Positions 28,977-38,467 of a stretch of 64,000 nt of DNA are shown one piece after another (position 1 is the first letter of the stretch; every line of letters starts with the position of its first letter). The notes beneath the pieces are model-generated. The model was not told the DNA's origin and ran no database searches. It was given only the letters and a program-made list of their open reading frames with translations. Origin of the DNA: Planctomycetia bacterium (lineage in GTDB: Bacteria; Planctomycetota; Planctomycetia; Pirellulales; UBA1268). The position numbers were made by a program, and so were the translations under genes. The DNA lies in NCBI GenBank assembly GCA_026401035.1, contig JAPLNR010000051.1:15114-79113 (forward strand), given 5' to 3'.

Positions 28977-31141
28977 ACCACCTCGTCTGGCACCAGCACC
29001 TGCCTGCGATCGTCACGGCTGCCATCATGCTCGGCGTCGCCTGGTGGGCGTGGGTCATCTTCACCCGGCTGCGGCTGCGGTTCGATCAGCGGTCGAGCCT
29101 GATCCTCCTCCTGCCCCGGCTGGCGGTGGCGGCCCTGCTGCTTGTGGCGCTCCTCGATCCGTGGCTGCGAACGACGGCGCCGCCGACCGAAAAGCCGGGG
29201 CTCCTCCTCCTGCTCGACGACTCGAAATCGATGGCTGTTGCCGACCGTCCAGACCGGCCGCGGCTCGTCCGTGGGCAGGAGGCGGCTGCCGCGCTCACCA
29301 AGCAGCTCGCCGACGTCGCCCGGATCGAGACGACTGAGTTTGATGGCGACATCCCCGCACTGTGCGCCAGCCTCGGCCCGCGGGTGGCGACGAGCGGCGT
29401 TGCGGCCGCGGTGCTCGTCACCGACGGGGGTGATGAGCCGGTGCGACCGGCCGCACTACCAGTGCCGCTGCATGTGCTCGCCGTGGGTAGCGATCCCAAA
29501 GACTGGAACGACGTCGCCATTTCCGAGATCGAGGCGCCCGAGCGCATCGATGTTGGCACCGGCTTTCGCCTCACAACGCGGCTGGTCGCGCGGGCCGCCG
29601 CCGCATCATTCCGGCATCAGCTCTCCGATGTTGCGGTCACGGTTGAGGAACGGATCAAAGGCAAGTGGAAGGCGCTGCGGTCAAAGAAGGTCGATCTCGG
29701 AAGCGGGGCCGCTCAGGTGGTGTTCGACATCCCTGCCGACGCGGGGAGCAGGGCTGCGACGACGGCAGACGAAGGCCCCGCCGCTCGAACATTCCGCGTG
29801 GCAGTGGCCGAGGTGGAGGGCGAACTGTCACCGCTGGACAATGCCCGCGAGTTCGCCGTGGCAGTCGGCAGCCGGCGAATCCACGTGCTCTTCTTCGCCC
29901 GCAGCCTCGACTGGAACTTTTCCCAGATCCGCGCCGAACTCAGACGCGATCCCGATGTCCGCCTCACCGCCCTCTATCGCAAGACGCCCCAGACCATGGC
30001 TCTCGAGGGAGACCGGCGCCAGGGCGACGACGTGCTCGAGCAAGGGATGCCCGAAGACGCCGCGGTGCTCGATCGTTACCGTCCCGTGATTCTCGGCGCG
30101 TTTCCGGCGGAGGAACTGTCGGAGTCACAGGCGGTCGCGCTGCGGGAGTATGTCGACCGCGGCGGTGCGGTCGTGATCCTCGGCGGCGCCGACGCGATGG
30201 GGGGTGGCTGGTGCGACTCGCCGCTCGAGCCGCTCCTGCCATGGAAGCCAAGGCGCGAGGCAGCGGCGGTCTTGACCGGCGAATTTCCGGTCGTCGTTCC
30301 CGCACCGGCCCGTGATCATCCTGCCATGCGGCAGGCCGCTGAGGCGCTCGCCGCCGGCCCCGCCCCCACGCTGGCATCGCTGAACGACGTGGGCGATCTG
30401 AAGCCCGGCGCGATCCCGCTCCTCGATGTGTCCGCCGACGGCGCGCAGCGGAGCGTGGTCGCGATCGAGCCCTACGGCCGCGGTCAGGCGGTCGGCGTGG
30501 CCACCGACACAATGTGGCAATGGCGGCGGCGGTCCGGCGCGGGCCGGGAGGCTTTTGGCATTTTCTGGCAGGAGCTCGTGCGGTCGCTCGCCGGATCGAG
30601 TGAGTCGGCCGGCGGCATCCGCGTCGAGTGGGATCGGCCGAGCTACCGCCCATCGGAGGCGGCAGTGGCCACCGTCTCCGTGGCGACCAGGCGGGATACT
30701 GCTGCATTCGTTCGCGGCCACGTTGTCGTCGAGGGGGAGGAACGGCCGGTGACCGTGAGCCCCGTGCCCGGTGTTCCCGGAAAATGGACCGTCGCCGTGA
30801 AGGTCGGGCCACGGGCGCCGCACGTGCTCGTGATCGAGGCAGTGGCGGGCTCCGACGTGCTCGCGCGGCTCGAAAGCGGGATCGTGGTGCAGCCGCGACC
30901 AACGGAGGGCTCACGGCTGGAGGTCGATGTGCCATTTCTCACCGATCTGGCCGGCCGGTCGGGGGGCACGGCCACGGTCGAGGACGTGCTGCCCATCGCT
31001 CGCGCAATCCGCGGGCAGCTCGCGCAGTCGGCGGTCGCCGTCGAGCAGCCGCTCGTGCAGAAGGCCTATGTGTTTCCCGCGATCGTGCTGCTCGTGCTCG
31101 TGGCCGAGTGGCTGGTGCGGAGACGATTCGACCTGGTGTGA
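28973..31141 (+). CDS. Membrane protein with a vWA-like and a GATase1-like (ThuA/DUF1355-like) domain
   Basis: The ATG at 28973 (ATGA overlap) gives MNHLVWHQHLPAIVTAAIMLGVAWWAWVIF, with two N-terminal TM segments. LLLLLDDSKSM (DxSxS), EYVDRGGAVVILGGADAMGGG, and a C-terminal TM segment. Confidence 0.7.
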   Translation: MNHLVWHQHLPAIVTAAIMLGVAWWAWVIFTRLRLRFDQRSSLILLLPRLAVAALLLVALLDPWLRTTAPPTEKPGLLLLLDDSKSMAVADRPDRPRLVRGQEAAAALTKQLADVARIETTEFDGDIPALCASLGPRVATSGVAAAVLVTDGGDEPVRPAALPVPLHVLAVGSDPKDWNDVAISEIEAPERIDVGTGFRLTTRLVARAAAASFRHQLSDVAVTVEERIKGKWKALRSKKVDLGSGAAQVVFDIPADAGSRAATTADEGPAARTFRVAVAEVEGELSPLDNAREFAVAVGSRRIHVLFFARSLDWNFSQIRAELRRDPDVRLTALYRKTPQTMALEGDRRQGDDVLEQGMPEDAAVLDRYRPVILGAFPAEELSESQAVALREYVDRGGAVVILGGADAMGGGWCDSPLEPLLPWKPRREAAAVLTGEFPVVVPAPARDHPAMRQAAEALAAGPAPTLASLNDVGDLKPGAIPLLDVSADGAQRSVVAIEPYGRGQAVGVATDTMWQWRRRSGAGREAFGIFWQELVRSLAGSSESAGGIRVEWDRPSYRPSEAAVATVSVATRRDTAAFVRGHVVVEGEERPVTVSPVPGVPGKWTVAVKVGPRAPHVLVIEAVAGSDVLARLESGIVVQPRPTEGSRLEVDVPFLTDLAGRSGGTATVEDVLPIARAIRGQLAQSAVAVEQPLVQKAYVFPAIVLLVLVAEWLVRRRFDLV

Positions 31142-31155
31142 CGTTCGCGCGAAGC

Positions 31156-32421
31156 ATGAAGGAGCAGACGCCCATGAACAAGCCACTCGCACCTCGATAC
31201 CGCACGTGGTCGGTCCGCATCGGCACCGCCATCGCCGCCGGGGCCTGCTCGCTCACCGCCCTTCTCGGCCTCAGGGGCGACGAGCCACAAGAGGCTGCCG
31301 CGATCGCGAGCCGTGCGGGCCGTGTTTCCTGGTCCGACGGCACGACCGCCGAGGGCACCATCACCACGACACCGGGGACGATCCTCCAGCTCGTAACCGT
31401 CGCTGCCGAAGGCGAGGAGACCGGGCAGCTCCGCACGTTCACGCTCGATCGGGTGGCCGAGATCGCCTTCGTGCCCTTCGCGTCGGGCAGCGTGGCACCC
31501 GAACGCATGGTCCGCGCCTTCGGATACACGGCGGAGGGGCCGGACAAGGCGGGGCCGCGTGGCGAGCCGTATCCCGTCCGCGAGCTCGGGGCCAGCGTGC
31601 GGTTTATCGATGGCGAGGAGCTCTTCGGCGTGCTGCGGTCGTGCGTGTTCTATCTCAAGACCGTGCCGTCGGCCGACGAGCGGCCGGCGGGGCGGTTACC
31701 GCCGCGGCCGACCACTCGCAAACTCACCATCAAGAGCCGGCTCGAAGGCAAGCCCGGCTCGACACTCGACGACCTCAGCTATGTCACCCACATCCGGCTG
31801 CCGGCGGTGGCCGATGCAGGCCCAAGCCGGCTGCCGCTGAAACTTCCCGCAGAAGTGGTCCGCGACGGCGACACGGTAACGGCGCTTGTGCAGACGAGCC
31901 TCGAAAGCGTGCCCGTGACCTCCGAAGGGAGCGGGCTTTCCGTGCGCGGCACGCTCGGGGAAAATATTCTCGTGGCGATTCACCGAGCCGATGGCAGCGT
32001 CGACGTGGGCTGGCCCGAGCCGATGCCGGCCGATGCAGACCTCCGCGCGGTAATCGAGAAGGCTGTGTCGTTGCAGCCCGACTATTACGACGAGCGGCGG
32101 CTGCTTGGCGTGGTCCGCGACGGCCCGTCGCGAGTGCTCGCGCTCGTGTCCTTGCGCCGCACCGGCCGCGACACGAATGACACGCTGCTCAGCATGCGCG
32201 AAAATAGCGACACCCGACCCACGGCCCGCGCGAGTGTGTGGATGTTTCGTATCGACGAGACGGGTCAGCGGGTGGCGCTCGTGCGTCGCGGCACGTTCGT
32301 GCGGCAGAAGATCGAGCTCGACGATCCGACGCCGACGGTGCGTCCGCTGCCGGCGCTCTGGCCGAGCGTGCGCGACAAGGATCGAATCACCGTGGGCCAA
32401 GCGACGGAGGAATCCCGATGA
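31156..32421 (+). CDS. Hypothetical exported protein
   Basis: ATG at 31156, 14 nt after the previous stop. N-terminal hydrophobic segment IGTAIAAGACSLTALLGL. No recognisable domain. Confidence 0.6.
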   Translation: MKEQTPMNKPLAPRYRTWSVRIGTAIAAGACSLTALLGLRGDEPQEAAAIASRAGRVSWSDGTTAEGTITTTPGTILQLVTVAAEGEETGQLRTFTLDRVAEIAFVPFASGSVAPERMVRAFGYTAEGPDKAGPRGEPYPVRELGASVRFIDGEELFGVLRSCVFYLKTVPSADERPAGRLPPRPTTRKLTIKSRLEGKPGSTLDDLSYVTHIRLPAVADAGPSRLPLKLPAEVVRDGDTVTALVQTSLESVPVTSEGSGLSVRGTLGENILVAIHRADGSVDVGWPEPMPADADLRAVIEKAVSLQPDYYDERRLLGVVRDGPSRVLALVSLRRTGRDTNDTLLSMRENSDTRPTARASVWMFRIDETGQRVALVRRGTFVRQKIELDDPTPTVRPLPALWPSVRDKDRITVGQATEESR

Positions 32422-35400
32422 GCACGGTGGCCTTTGATCCCCTGTCGGGCGGCTCGATCGCGGCGGTCGTGGACCGCGCCGGTCGGAGCCTCGCCTTGGC
32501 CGCGGTGCTCCGTGGCGGCTGCCGCTGGCTGGCGTCGGCAGGCGGCCTCGTGATCGTGCTTGTGTGGCTCGACACGGTCCTGCGACTGCCGGCAGCGTTG
32601 CGGCTGGTGCTCTCGATCGGCGCCGTCGGCTTCATCGCCGGCACGCTCTGGGCCTGGGTGATCCGGCCGGCCGTACGAAGGCAGACGCCCGAGTCGATCG
32701 CTTTCTTGCTCGAACGTCGCTACGGGGTCCGCGACAACTCGCTCGTGGGGGCGCTTCAGTTCGAGCGGCTGAACGCAAGCCTCGACGCCGATGGCGTGCA
32801 GCGCGCCTTCATCGGCGAGACCGCACGGCTGGGCCGTGGGGTTATCTCGGCCGTGAGCGTGAAGGACCTGTTCGAGCCGCGGATGCTGCTCACCTGGGCG
32901 GCGGTGGCGGGCCTCGTGGCCGTCGCGTGGATGGCCTCGCTGACGCTCGCGCCCGGCTGGAGCGGCACTGCCTTCAAGCGGTTTCTCCTGCCACTGGCCG
33001 ACGTGCCTCCGGCGGCGGCCGTCGAAGTCGTGGTGCGGCTGCCCGACGGTGATGTCGTGCCGCAGGGGGCGGATGTACGGGTGGAGGTCGAGCTGCGAGG
33101 CGCGGCGGCGCGCCGCCGCTATCCCGACATCCTGTGGGCAGAGCGCAGCTGGGTGGATGCCGACGACTCCAAGGCGGTGCGGGCCACCACTGAGCCGGTC
33201 TTGGGGCAGGATCATGTTTTTACCCACACGCTCCGCGGTGTGCGGCAGGATGTGGCGATCCGCGGGCTGGCCGAGGGCACGTATTCGCGTCAGTCGCGGG
33301 TGAGGGTGGTGCCGACGCCGCTCATCGCGTCGAGTTCGTTTGCCATCACGCCTCCGGATTACACCGGCCGCGCGACGGTGCCCACAGCCGGGCCGCCGCA
33401 GCCGCTCGAGGCGCTCGTGGGTTCACGGATCGCGCTGGCCGTCGAACTCGACCGTCCCGTCGCCGGGCTTACCTGGCGAATCGGCGACGCCGAGGTGGCC
33501 TGCACCGGCGCGGGCACGACATGGCAGGCGGAAGCCACGCTCGCATCGGCGGAATCCTATGAACTGACGGCGACGATCGCCGATATCGACATGCGGACAT
33601 CTGTGGCCCGCGGCCGCGTGGCCTGCCGACAAGATCAGGCTCCCGACGTACGGTTCGTCACCGATCGGTTCTCACACCGCCTTCACCTTGGCGACAGCCT
33701 CCCCGTGACCGTTGTGGCATGCGACGATCAAGGTCTCCTGGGGCTCGCACTCTCCGTCCGGGCCGCAGCGGGAGGCAGCCCGACGACGGTCCGCCGGTGG
33801 GACTATCCGCCGCCAGGCCGCAGTGACAAAGTGGCTGAAAGCACGGCGGTGATCGCCTCGCCCGACCTGTTCGCCGTGGGCCGTGCATATGTCATCGAGT
33901 TGGCCGGCCACGATGCCCGTCCCGACGCTCCCCCGGCCGTGTGCAAGCGGCCGCTCCTCGTCGAGATCGTGCCTCGACCCACCGGCGAAGCCGCCGCCGA
34001 CCCGCAGCTCGCCGGATTTCTGGCCGCACTCGATCGAGCGATCGCGCTGCAGAAGCAGGCCCTCGAGGCGACACGCTCGTTTGCGACGAATCTTCCGGAG
34101 GTGTGGCTCGACCTGTCGCGGAATCAGCGGCCCGCCGCGGAGGTCGATGTGCTGCTCGATCAATACCGCGCGGCGGTGCTCACGCCACAGCGGTCAGTAC
34201 ACGAGTCCATCCTCACGGCGGCGGCAGCAACCGGCGCCGCTCCTCGCGCGGCCAAACAGCTCCGCGAGCTTGCCGACACCGAGGCCATCGCGGCAGGCGA
34301 CGGCGCCGACGCGCTCACTGTGCCAGCCGTCGCCGTGCAGGTCGACGGTGAGCCTGCGGCGGTCGTCGATATCGATGGAGGAGGTCGGACGACGCGGGCA
34401 CAGTTCTCACCGCGGCAGGCCCGCTGGCTTGCGGTCGTGGCCCGGCATGCCGCCGGCTGGGCCGAGCGGATCCAGGTGCCGTTGCTCGCGACACACGCAT
34501 TCGCCGACGGTCCGCCGCTCGACCGCGTTGCCTGGAGGGTGGCCGATGTGGTGCCCGACGCCGCGGCCAACGCCGTGCGCGAGGCGCTGCCCGCCCGCGG
34601 GCAATGGATCGTCACGGCGCGGCCGCCGTGGGGCGTCGTGATCGATCTCGGAGCCGATACCGACGTCGCCGAGGTGTCGCTGACCAACGCAGGGCCACTC
34701 CTCCACGACGTGGAGTTCCGCGTGGGCACCGGGGCGGCCCCGCAACTCGTCCGCGGCGAGCGGACCGAAACGATGGTCGCGCGGCAGATCCGGCTGCTCG
34801 AGCCTGCGCAGGCGGCGCTCTATGCCGAGCTTGTGCTTCTGCGCGGCAGCGCGCTCGAGCGACACGACGACGCGGCGGCTCGTGAGCCCGACGCTCCCGG
34901 CGTCGAGTCGGCGCCGCTTGCCGACGCGATGGAAAAGGAGGTGCTCGCCGACGTCGCCGAGTGGAAAAAGGATTTTGAGCGCACGGCGGAACGCCGCAAG
35001 GCTCTTACCGAGCGGCCGGCCGAGGATCTCAGCGATGCAGACCAGGAGGAGCTCGCGCTCATCGGCATCGAGAAGCATCGACAGACGCGGAGAATTCAGC
35101 GGCTCTCCGAGGATCTCACCGACAGCCTCGCGATGGATAAGGGCGACACCCAGCGTCGCACACTTCGCACGCGCACCGTCGGAAAACTCGCCGATCTCGC
35201 CGACCTAGCGGCGCTCGCCGCCCAAAAGGCCGAGAAGCCGGAGACGACCTGGAAACTCGACGCGGAGGCCATCAAGGCGGCCAACGAGCTGGCGCCTGAT
35301 TCCGGAAACCCAAACGCATCGAGCGATGCCACCCGCGGAAAGATCGAGTCTGATGAAGACAAGCTCGACCCGTCGAGCATGGCGCAGCTCGCCGAGATCG

Positions 35401-36224
35401 CTGACGTGAACCTCCCGGAGCTCTCGAAGAAATGGGAAAACTTCACCGCCGAAGCCGACCGCAGCGCTCCTTCGCCGGGAATGAGCAGCGGCACCGAGGC
35501 GGTCGCCGGGGGCGTGCGGTCGCACAACTCGGCATCGGGCCGCCCCGGCGATCGCACGCCCGATCAGCAGCAGCGGCACACTGGGCGGTCGATCGTGGGG
35601 CGGACCGCCCAATCCGACGGGCAGTTCGTCGGTGACACCGCGGCACAGATGCCCGACGACGAGGTGCTCGCTCCCGATCGCGACTCGGGCACTGCGCTCG
35701 AGGGGGGCAAGGTGGTCGATGACGAGTCGTCGAGCGAGGCGACATCGACCGGGCTCGGAAGAATGACCAACGCCATGACGGAATTCGGCGGCTCCGGCAA
35801 GCTTCCTCCCGATCTGCTCAACAAGCTGCAGAAGGTGGCCGGCGAGGCGACCGAGTTATCCAACGACACCAACCGGCTCGTGCTGCGGCTTGAAGTCTTG
35901 AACCTGCCGACCGACGAACTGCGGACGGCGGTGCGCGGCGTCGAGCAGGCGGCCGGCGAGGCGGCTCGCGGCAACGCGAAGGCACTCAGACAGGCTGTCG
36001 ATCGGGCGGCACAGGCTTTTGATCGGGGCCGCGACGCCGTCGCGCGGGAGGTCGCCCTCGTTGCAGCGGCTCGCCAACGCGACGAGGCACGGCAGGTGGA
36101 GTGCCGGTTCGACACGCGGCTGCCAATCCCGGCAGCCTACGACGCCTGGGCCGCCGCCTATTTCAAGGCGCTCGCCGAACGCGCGGCCGATGGCCAGAGC
36201 GAACCACGGGAGCAGCCTCGATGA
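32418..36224 (+). CDS. Large (1268 aa) membrane protein with an acidic, low-complexity, helical C-terminal third
   Basis: The ATG at 32418 (ATGA overlap). Two N-terminal TM segments followed by FLLERRYGVRDNSLVGALQFER. Long beta-rich middle, then a D/E/K/A-rich region. Ends with the conserved-looking IPAAYDAWAAAYFKALAE. Confidence 0.7.
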   Translation: MSTVAFDPLSGGSIAAVVDRAGRSLALAAVLRGGCRWLASAGGLVIVLVWLDTVLRLPAALRLVLSIGAVGFIAGTLWAWVIRPAVRRQTPESIAFLLERRYGVRDNSLVGALQFERLNASLDADGVQRAFIGETARLGRGVISAVSVKDLFEPRMLLTWAAVAGLVAVAWMASLTLAPGWSGTAFKRFLLPLADVPPAAAVEVVVRLPDGDVVPQGADVRVEVELRGAAARRRYPDILWAERSWVDADDSKAVRATTEPVLGQDHVFTHTLRGVRQDVAIRGLAEGTYSRQSRVRVVPTPLIASSSFAITPPDYTGRATVPTAGPPQPLEALVGSRIALAVELDRPVAGLTWRIGDAEVACTGAGTTWQAEATLASAESYELTATIADIDMRTSVARGRVACRQDQAPDVRFVTDRFSHRLHLGDSLPVTVVACDDQGLLGLALSVRAAAGGSPTTVRRWDYPPPGRSDKVAESTAVIASPDLFAVGRAYVIELAGHDARPDAPPAVCKRPLLVEIVPRPTGEAAADPQLAGFLAALDRAIALQKQALEATRSFATNLPEVWLDLSRNQRPAAEVDVLLDQYRAAVLTPQRSVHESILTAAAATGAAPRAAKQLRELADTEAIAAGDGADALTVPAVAVQVDGEPAAVVDIDGGGRTTRAQFSPRQARWLAVVARHAAGWAERIQVPLLATHAFADGPPLDRVAWRVADVVPDAAANAVREALPARGQWIVTARPPWGVVIDLGADTDVAEVSLTNAGPLLHDVEFRVGTGAAPQLVRGERTETMVARQIRLLEPAQAALYAELVLLRGSALERHDDAAAREPDAPGVESAPLADAMEKEVLADVAEWKKDFERTAERRKALTERPAEDLSDADQEELALIGIEKHRQTRRIQRLSEDLTDSLAMDKGDTQRRTLRTRTVGKLADLADLAALAAQKAEKPETTWKLDAEAIKAANELAPDSGNPNASSDATRGKIESDEDKLDPSSMAQLAEIADVNLPELSKKWENFTAEADRSAPSPGMSSGTEAVAGGVRSHNSASGRPGDRTPDQQQRHTGRSIVGRTAQSDGQFVGDTAAQMPDDEVLAPDRDSGTALEGGKVVDDESSSEATSTGLGRMTNAMTEFGGSGKLPPDLLNKLQKVAGEATELSNDTNRLVLRLEVLNLPTDELRTAVRGVEQAAGEAARGNAKALRQAVDRAAQAFDRGRDAVAREVALVAAARQRDEARQVECRFDTRLPIPAAYDAWAAAYFKALAERAADGQSEPREQPR

Positions 36225-38467
36225 GAGCCATCATGAGTCGGTGTGCCAGCATCATCACGCTGCTGACGCTCGCGGCCTTCGCCGCGTCGTCGGCGGCCGA
36301 GCCGCTTGGGAGTCTCGAGGGCGTGGTCGCCGGTTCGGTGCGGCTCAGCCCCGACGGACGGCGGATCGCCATGGTTATCGAGCAGCCAGCCGCGCCGCCG
36401 CAGGGCGGTGGCCGGCAGGTCGTGGTCGATGGCGAGGCCTCCGGCGGCCTGTTCGACGAGATCGCCACGGGCATGCCGCTCTTCAGCAATGACGGCAGCC
36501 GAGTTGCCTTCGCCGCCCGCCGAGGCGACAAGACGTTCGTCGTCGACGACGGGATCGAATACGAGGCAGGCTCGATCACCGAGGATGGCTGGCCGGTCGG
36601 CAATCTCGTGATCGCGCCCTTCGGGCAGGCGGTGCTCTGGCAGATTCGTGGTGGCGGCAAGACACAGCTGGTCGTCAACGGCCGTGTCGTCGATGCCTTT
36701 AACGAAGCAGTGGGCCTCGAGCAGCAAAAGACCTGGGGCGTGCTCGGGCTCGTGTTCGATCCCACCGGCCAGAGCTTCGCGTTTCGCGGCGTGCGCGACG
36801 GGGCGATGGTGCCGGTGGTCGGGCTGTCACGCCCGGCCGCCGATCACGCGGCCACCCCGCTCGCGATCGGTCCCGCGTTCGCCTCGATTGGCTCGGGCTC
36901 GCCGATTCCCGTGCCCGGGCGGGGGCCACACGCCTTCGCCTTCATCACGTGCAGTGAGTCGAACGACGCGAAGACGCAAGCGCACGAGGACGTGGCCGCC
37001 CTCGACACGAGCCCCGCGCCGCCGGCTGTCTTCGGCAGGTTCGATGAAATCGGTCGCGACACGCTCGCGTGGACGCCCCGAGATCCCGCGAACGTATGGT
37101 TTACAGCCCGGAAGGGCGAGGGCTGGACCGCGGTCGTGCGAGGGAAGCCGGGGTCGTTCTACGCCGATGTGGGGCCAGTGAACGCACTGCCCGACGGGCG
37201 GGCCTTTTTTCTCGCGCAGCGGGACGGCAGGATCGTGCCCGTGCTCGTCGGTCTCGACGCTGCTGCCCGCCAGGAGCTGCCCGGCGGCGAAGGCGTGCAG
37301 CATGCGGCGCGGTTCGCGAGCGACCGCGGTGAGCGGATCGCCTACGTGGTCACGGCGAAACGCGGCTCCCGGGTGGTGAGTGTGCGGCCCGGTGATCCTG
37401 CTGTAGCGGCGGCTCCGCAAGCGGAGTCGTCGCCGGAGTATGGCGGCGTCGATCCCGCCCGCGTCGTGCTCTCGGCCGACGGCGGCCGGCTCGCGTTCGT
37501 CGCCCAGCGGAAGGGACGGGAGCTGGCGGTGATCGACGGTGTCGAGGGGGCTGTCTACGACAAGGTCGGCAGGCCGGTATTTTCGAGTGACGGTGGCCGT
37601 GTCGCCTACCGCGCGATGGCAAAGGGCTCCGCGACGGTCATCGTGGACGGCCGCGTGAGTGAGCACTACGACGAGGTGGCCATCGACACTCCGCGGTTCG
37701 TGCCGCACCGCGGGCAGGTCGTGTATGCGGCCCGCACGGGTCCGGCGTGGCGGGTGTATGTCGATGGCAAGCCGGGACCAGACTGCGAGCGGCTGGTGAG
37801 CCGGATCGAGCTTCCCGACGACGGCACCGGGCGAGTCTTCTATGCGGCTCGGTTCCTTGACCGCGATGGCGTGACGGAAGCCGTGGTGGTGGATGGCCGG
37901 CGGGCCGCCGAGTTCGACGAGATTTTCACGGCGGCCACGCGGCGGCTGGGTATCGACGGCACGGCGACATTCCTGGGCCGCCGCGGCCGCAACATCGTGC
38001 GCGAGACTCTTGACCTGCCGGGCGTTTTTCTGGCGTCGATTCCCGTCGCGGAGGGCAAGGCCGACCGGGTGCGGGCCAACCTTTCGCTGCAAAACAAGCC
38101 TCTTTGTCTCGACGGCCGGCAAGGTGGCGGCGTTGGCATGCTCGCCCCCGCCGAGGCGGCCTGGGATATCGCGGGTCTGCGGGACCGCTTCCCCGGCAAG
38201 ATGCTCAGATTTCACGCAGTGACCGGCATCGACACCGGCGGCATCGACGCCAAGACCGCCTCGGGCACAGTCGTGCTCGAAGTGTCGGTGGACGGCGAGC
38301 GGCTGGCGACGTCGCCGCCGCTTTTGTGGGGGCAAACGCATGTGTTTGATGTTGTGGTGCCGGACCAGGCCGCACGGCTGGAGCTCGCAGCGACGAGCGA
38401 CAGCGGGCAGATGATCACATGGATGCACGCAGCCATCGTGCCAGTCACTCAGGAACAGCGGCAATGA
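36221..38467 (+). CDS. Secreted repeat protein (748 aa), possibly with a C-terminal carbohydrate-binding-like domain
   Basis: The ATG at 36221 (ATGA overlap), signal peptide IITLLTLAAFAASSAAEP. Reiterated ~45-aa module vDG......yDev.....FS.DG.RvAy.Ar.g. Confidence 0.7.
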   Translation: MRAIMSRCASIITLLTLAAFAASSAAEPLGSLEGVVAGSVRLSPDGRRIAMVIEQPAAPPQGGGRQVVVDGEASGGLFDEIATGMPLFSNDGSRVAFAARRGDKTFVVDDGIEYEAGSITEDGWPVGNLVIAPFGQAVLWQIRGGGKTQLVVNGRVVDAFNEAVGLEQQKTWGVLGLVFDPTGQSFAFRGVRDGAMVPVVGLSRPAADHAATPLAIGPAFASIGSGSPIPVPGRGPHAFAFITCSESNDAKTQAHEDVAALDTSPAPPAVFGRFDEIGRDTLAWTPRDPANVWFTARKGEGWTAVVRGKPGSFYADVGPVNALPDGRAFFLAQRDGRIVPVLVGLDAAARQELPGGEGVQHAARFASDRGERIAYVVTAKRGSRVVSVRPGDPAVAAAPQAESSPEYGGVDPARVVLSADGGRLAFVAQRKGRELAVIDGVEGAVYDKVGRPVFSSDGGRVAYRAMAKGSATVIVDGRVSEHYDEVAIDTPRFVPHRGQVVYAARTGPAWRVYVDGKPGPDCERLVSRIELPDDGTGRVFYAARFLDRDGVTEAVVVDGRRAAEFDEIFTAATRRLGIDGTATFLGRRGRNIVRETLDLPGVFLASIPVAEGKADRVRANLSLQNKPLCLDGRQGGGVGMLAPAEAAWDIAGLRDRFPGKMLRFHAVTGIDTGGIDAKTASGTVVLEVSVDGERLATSPPLLWGQTHVFDVVVPDQAARLELAATSDSGQMITWMHAAIVPVTQEQRQ

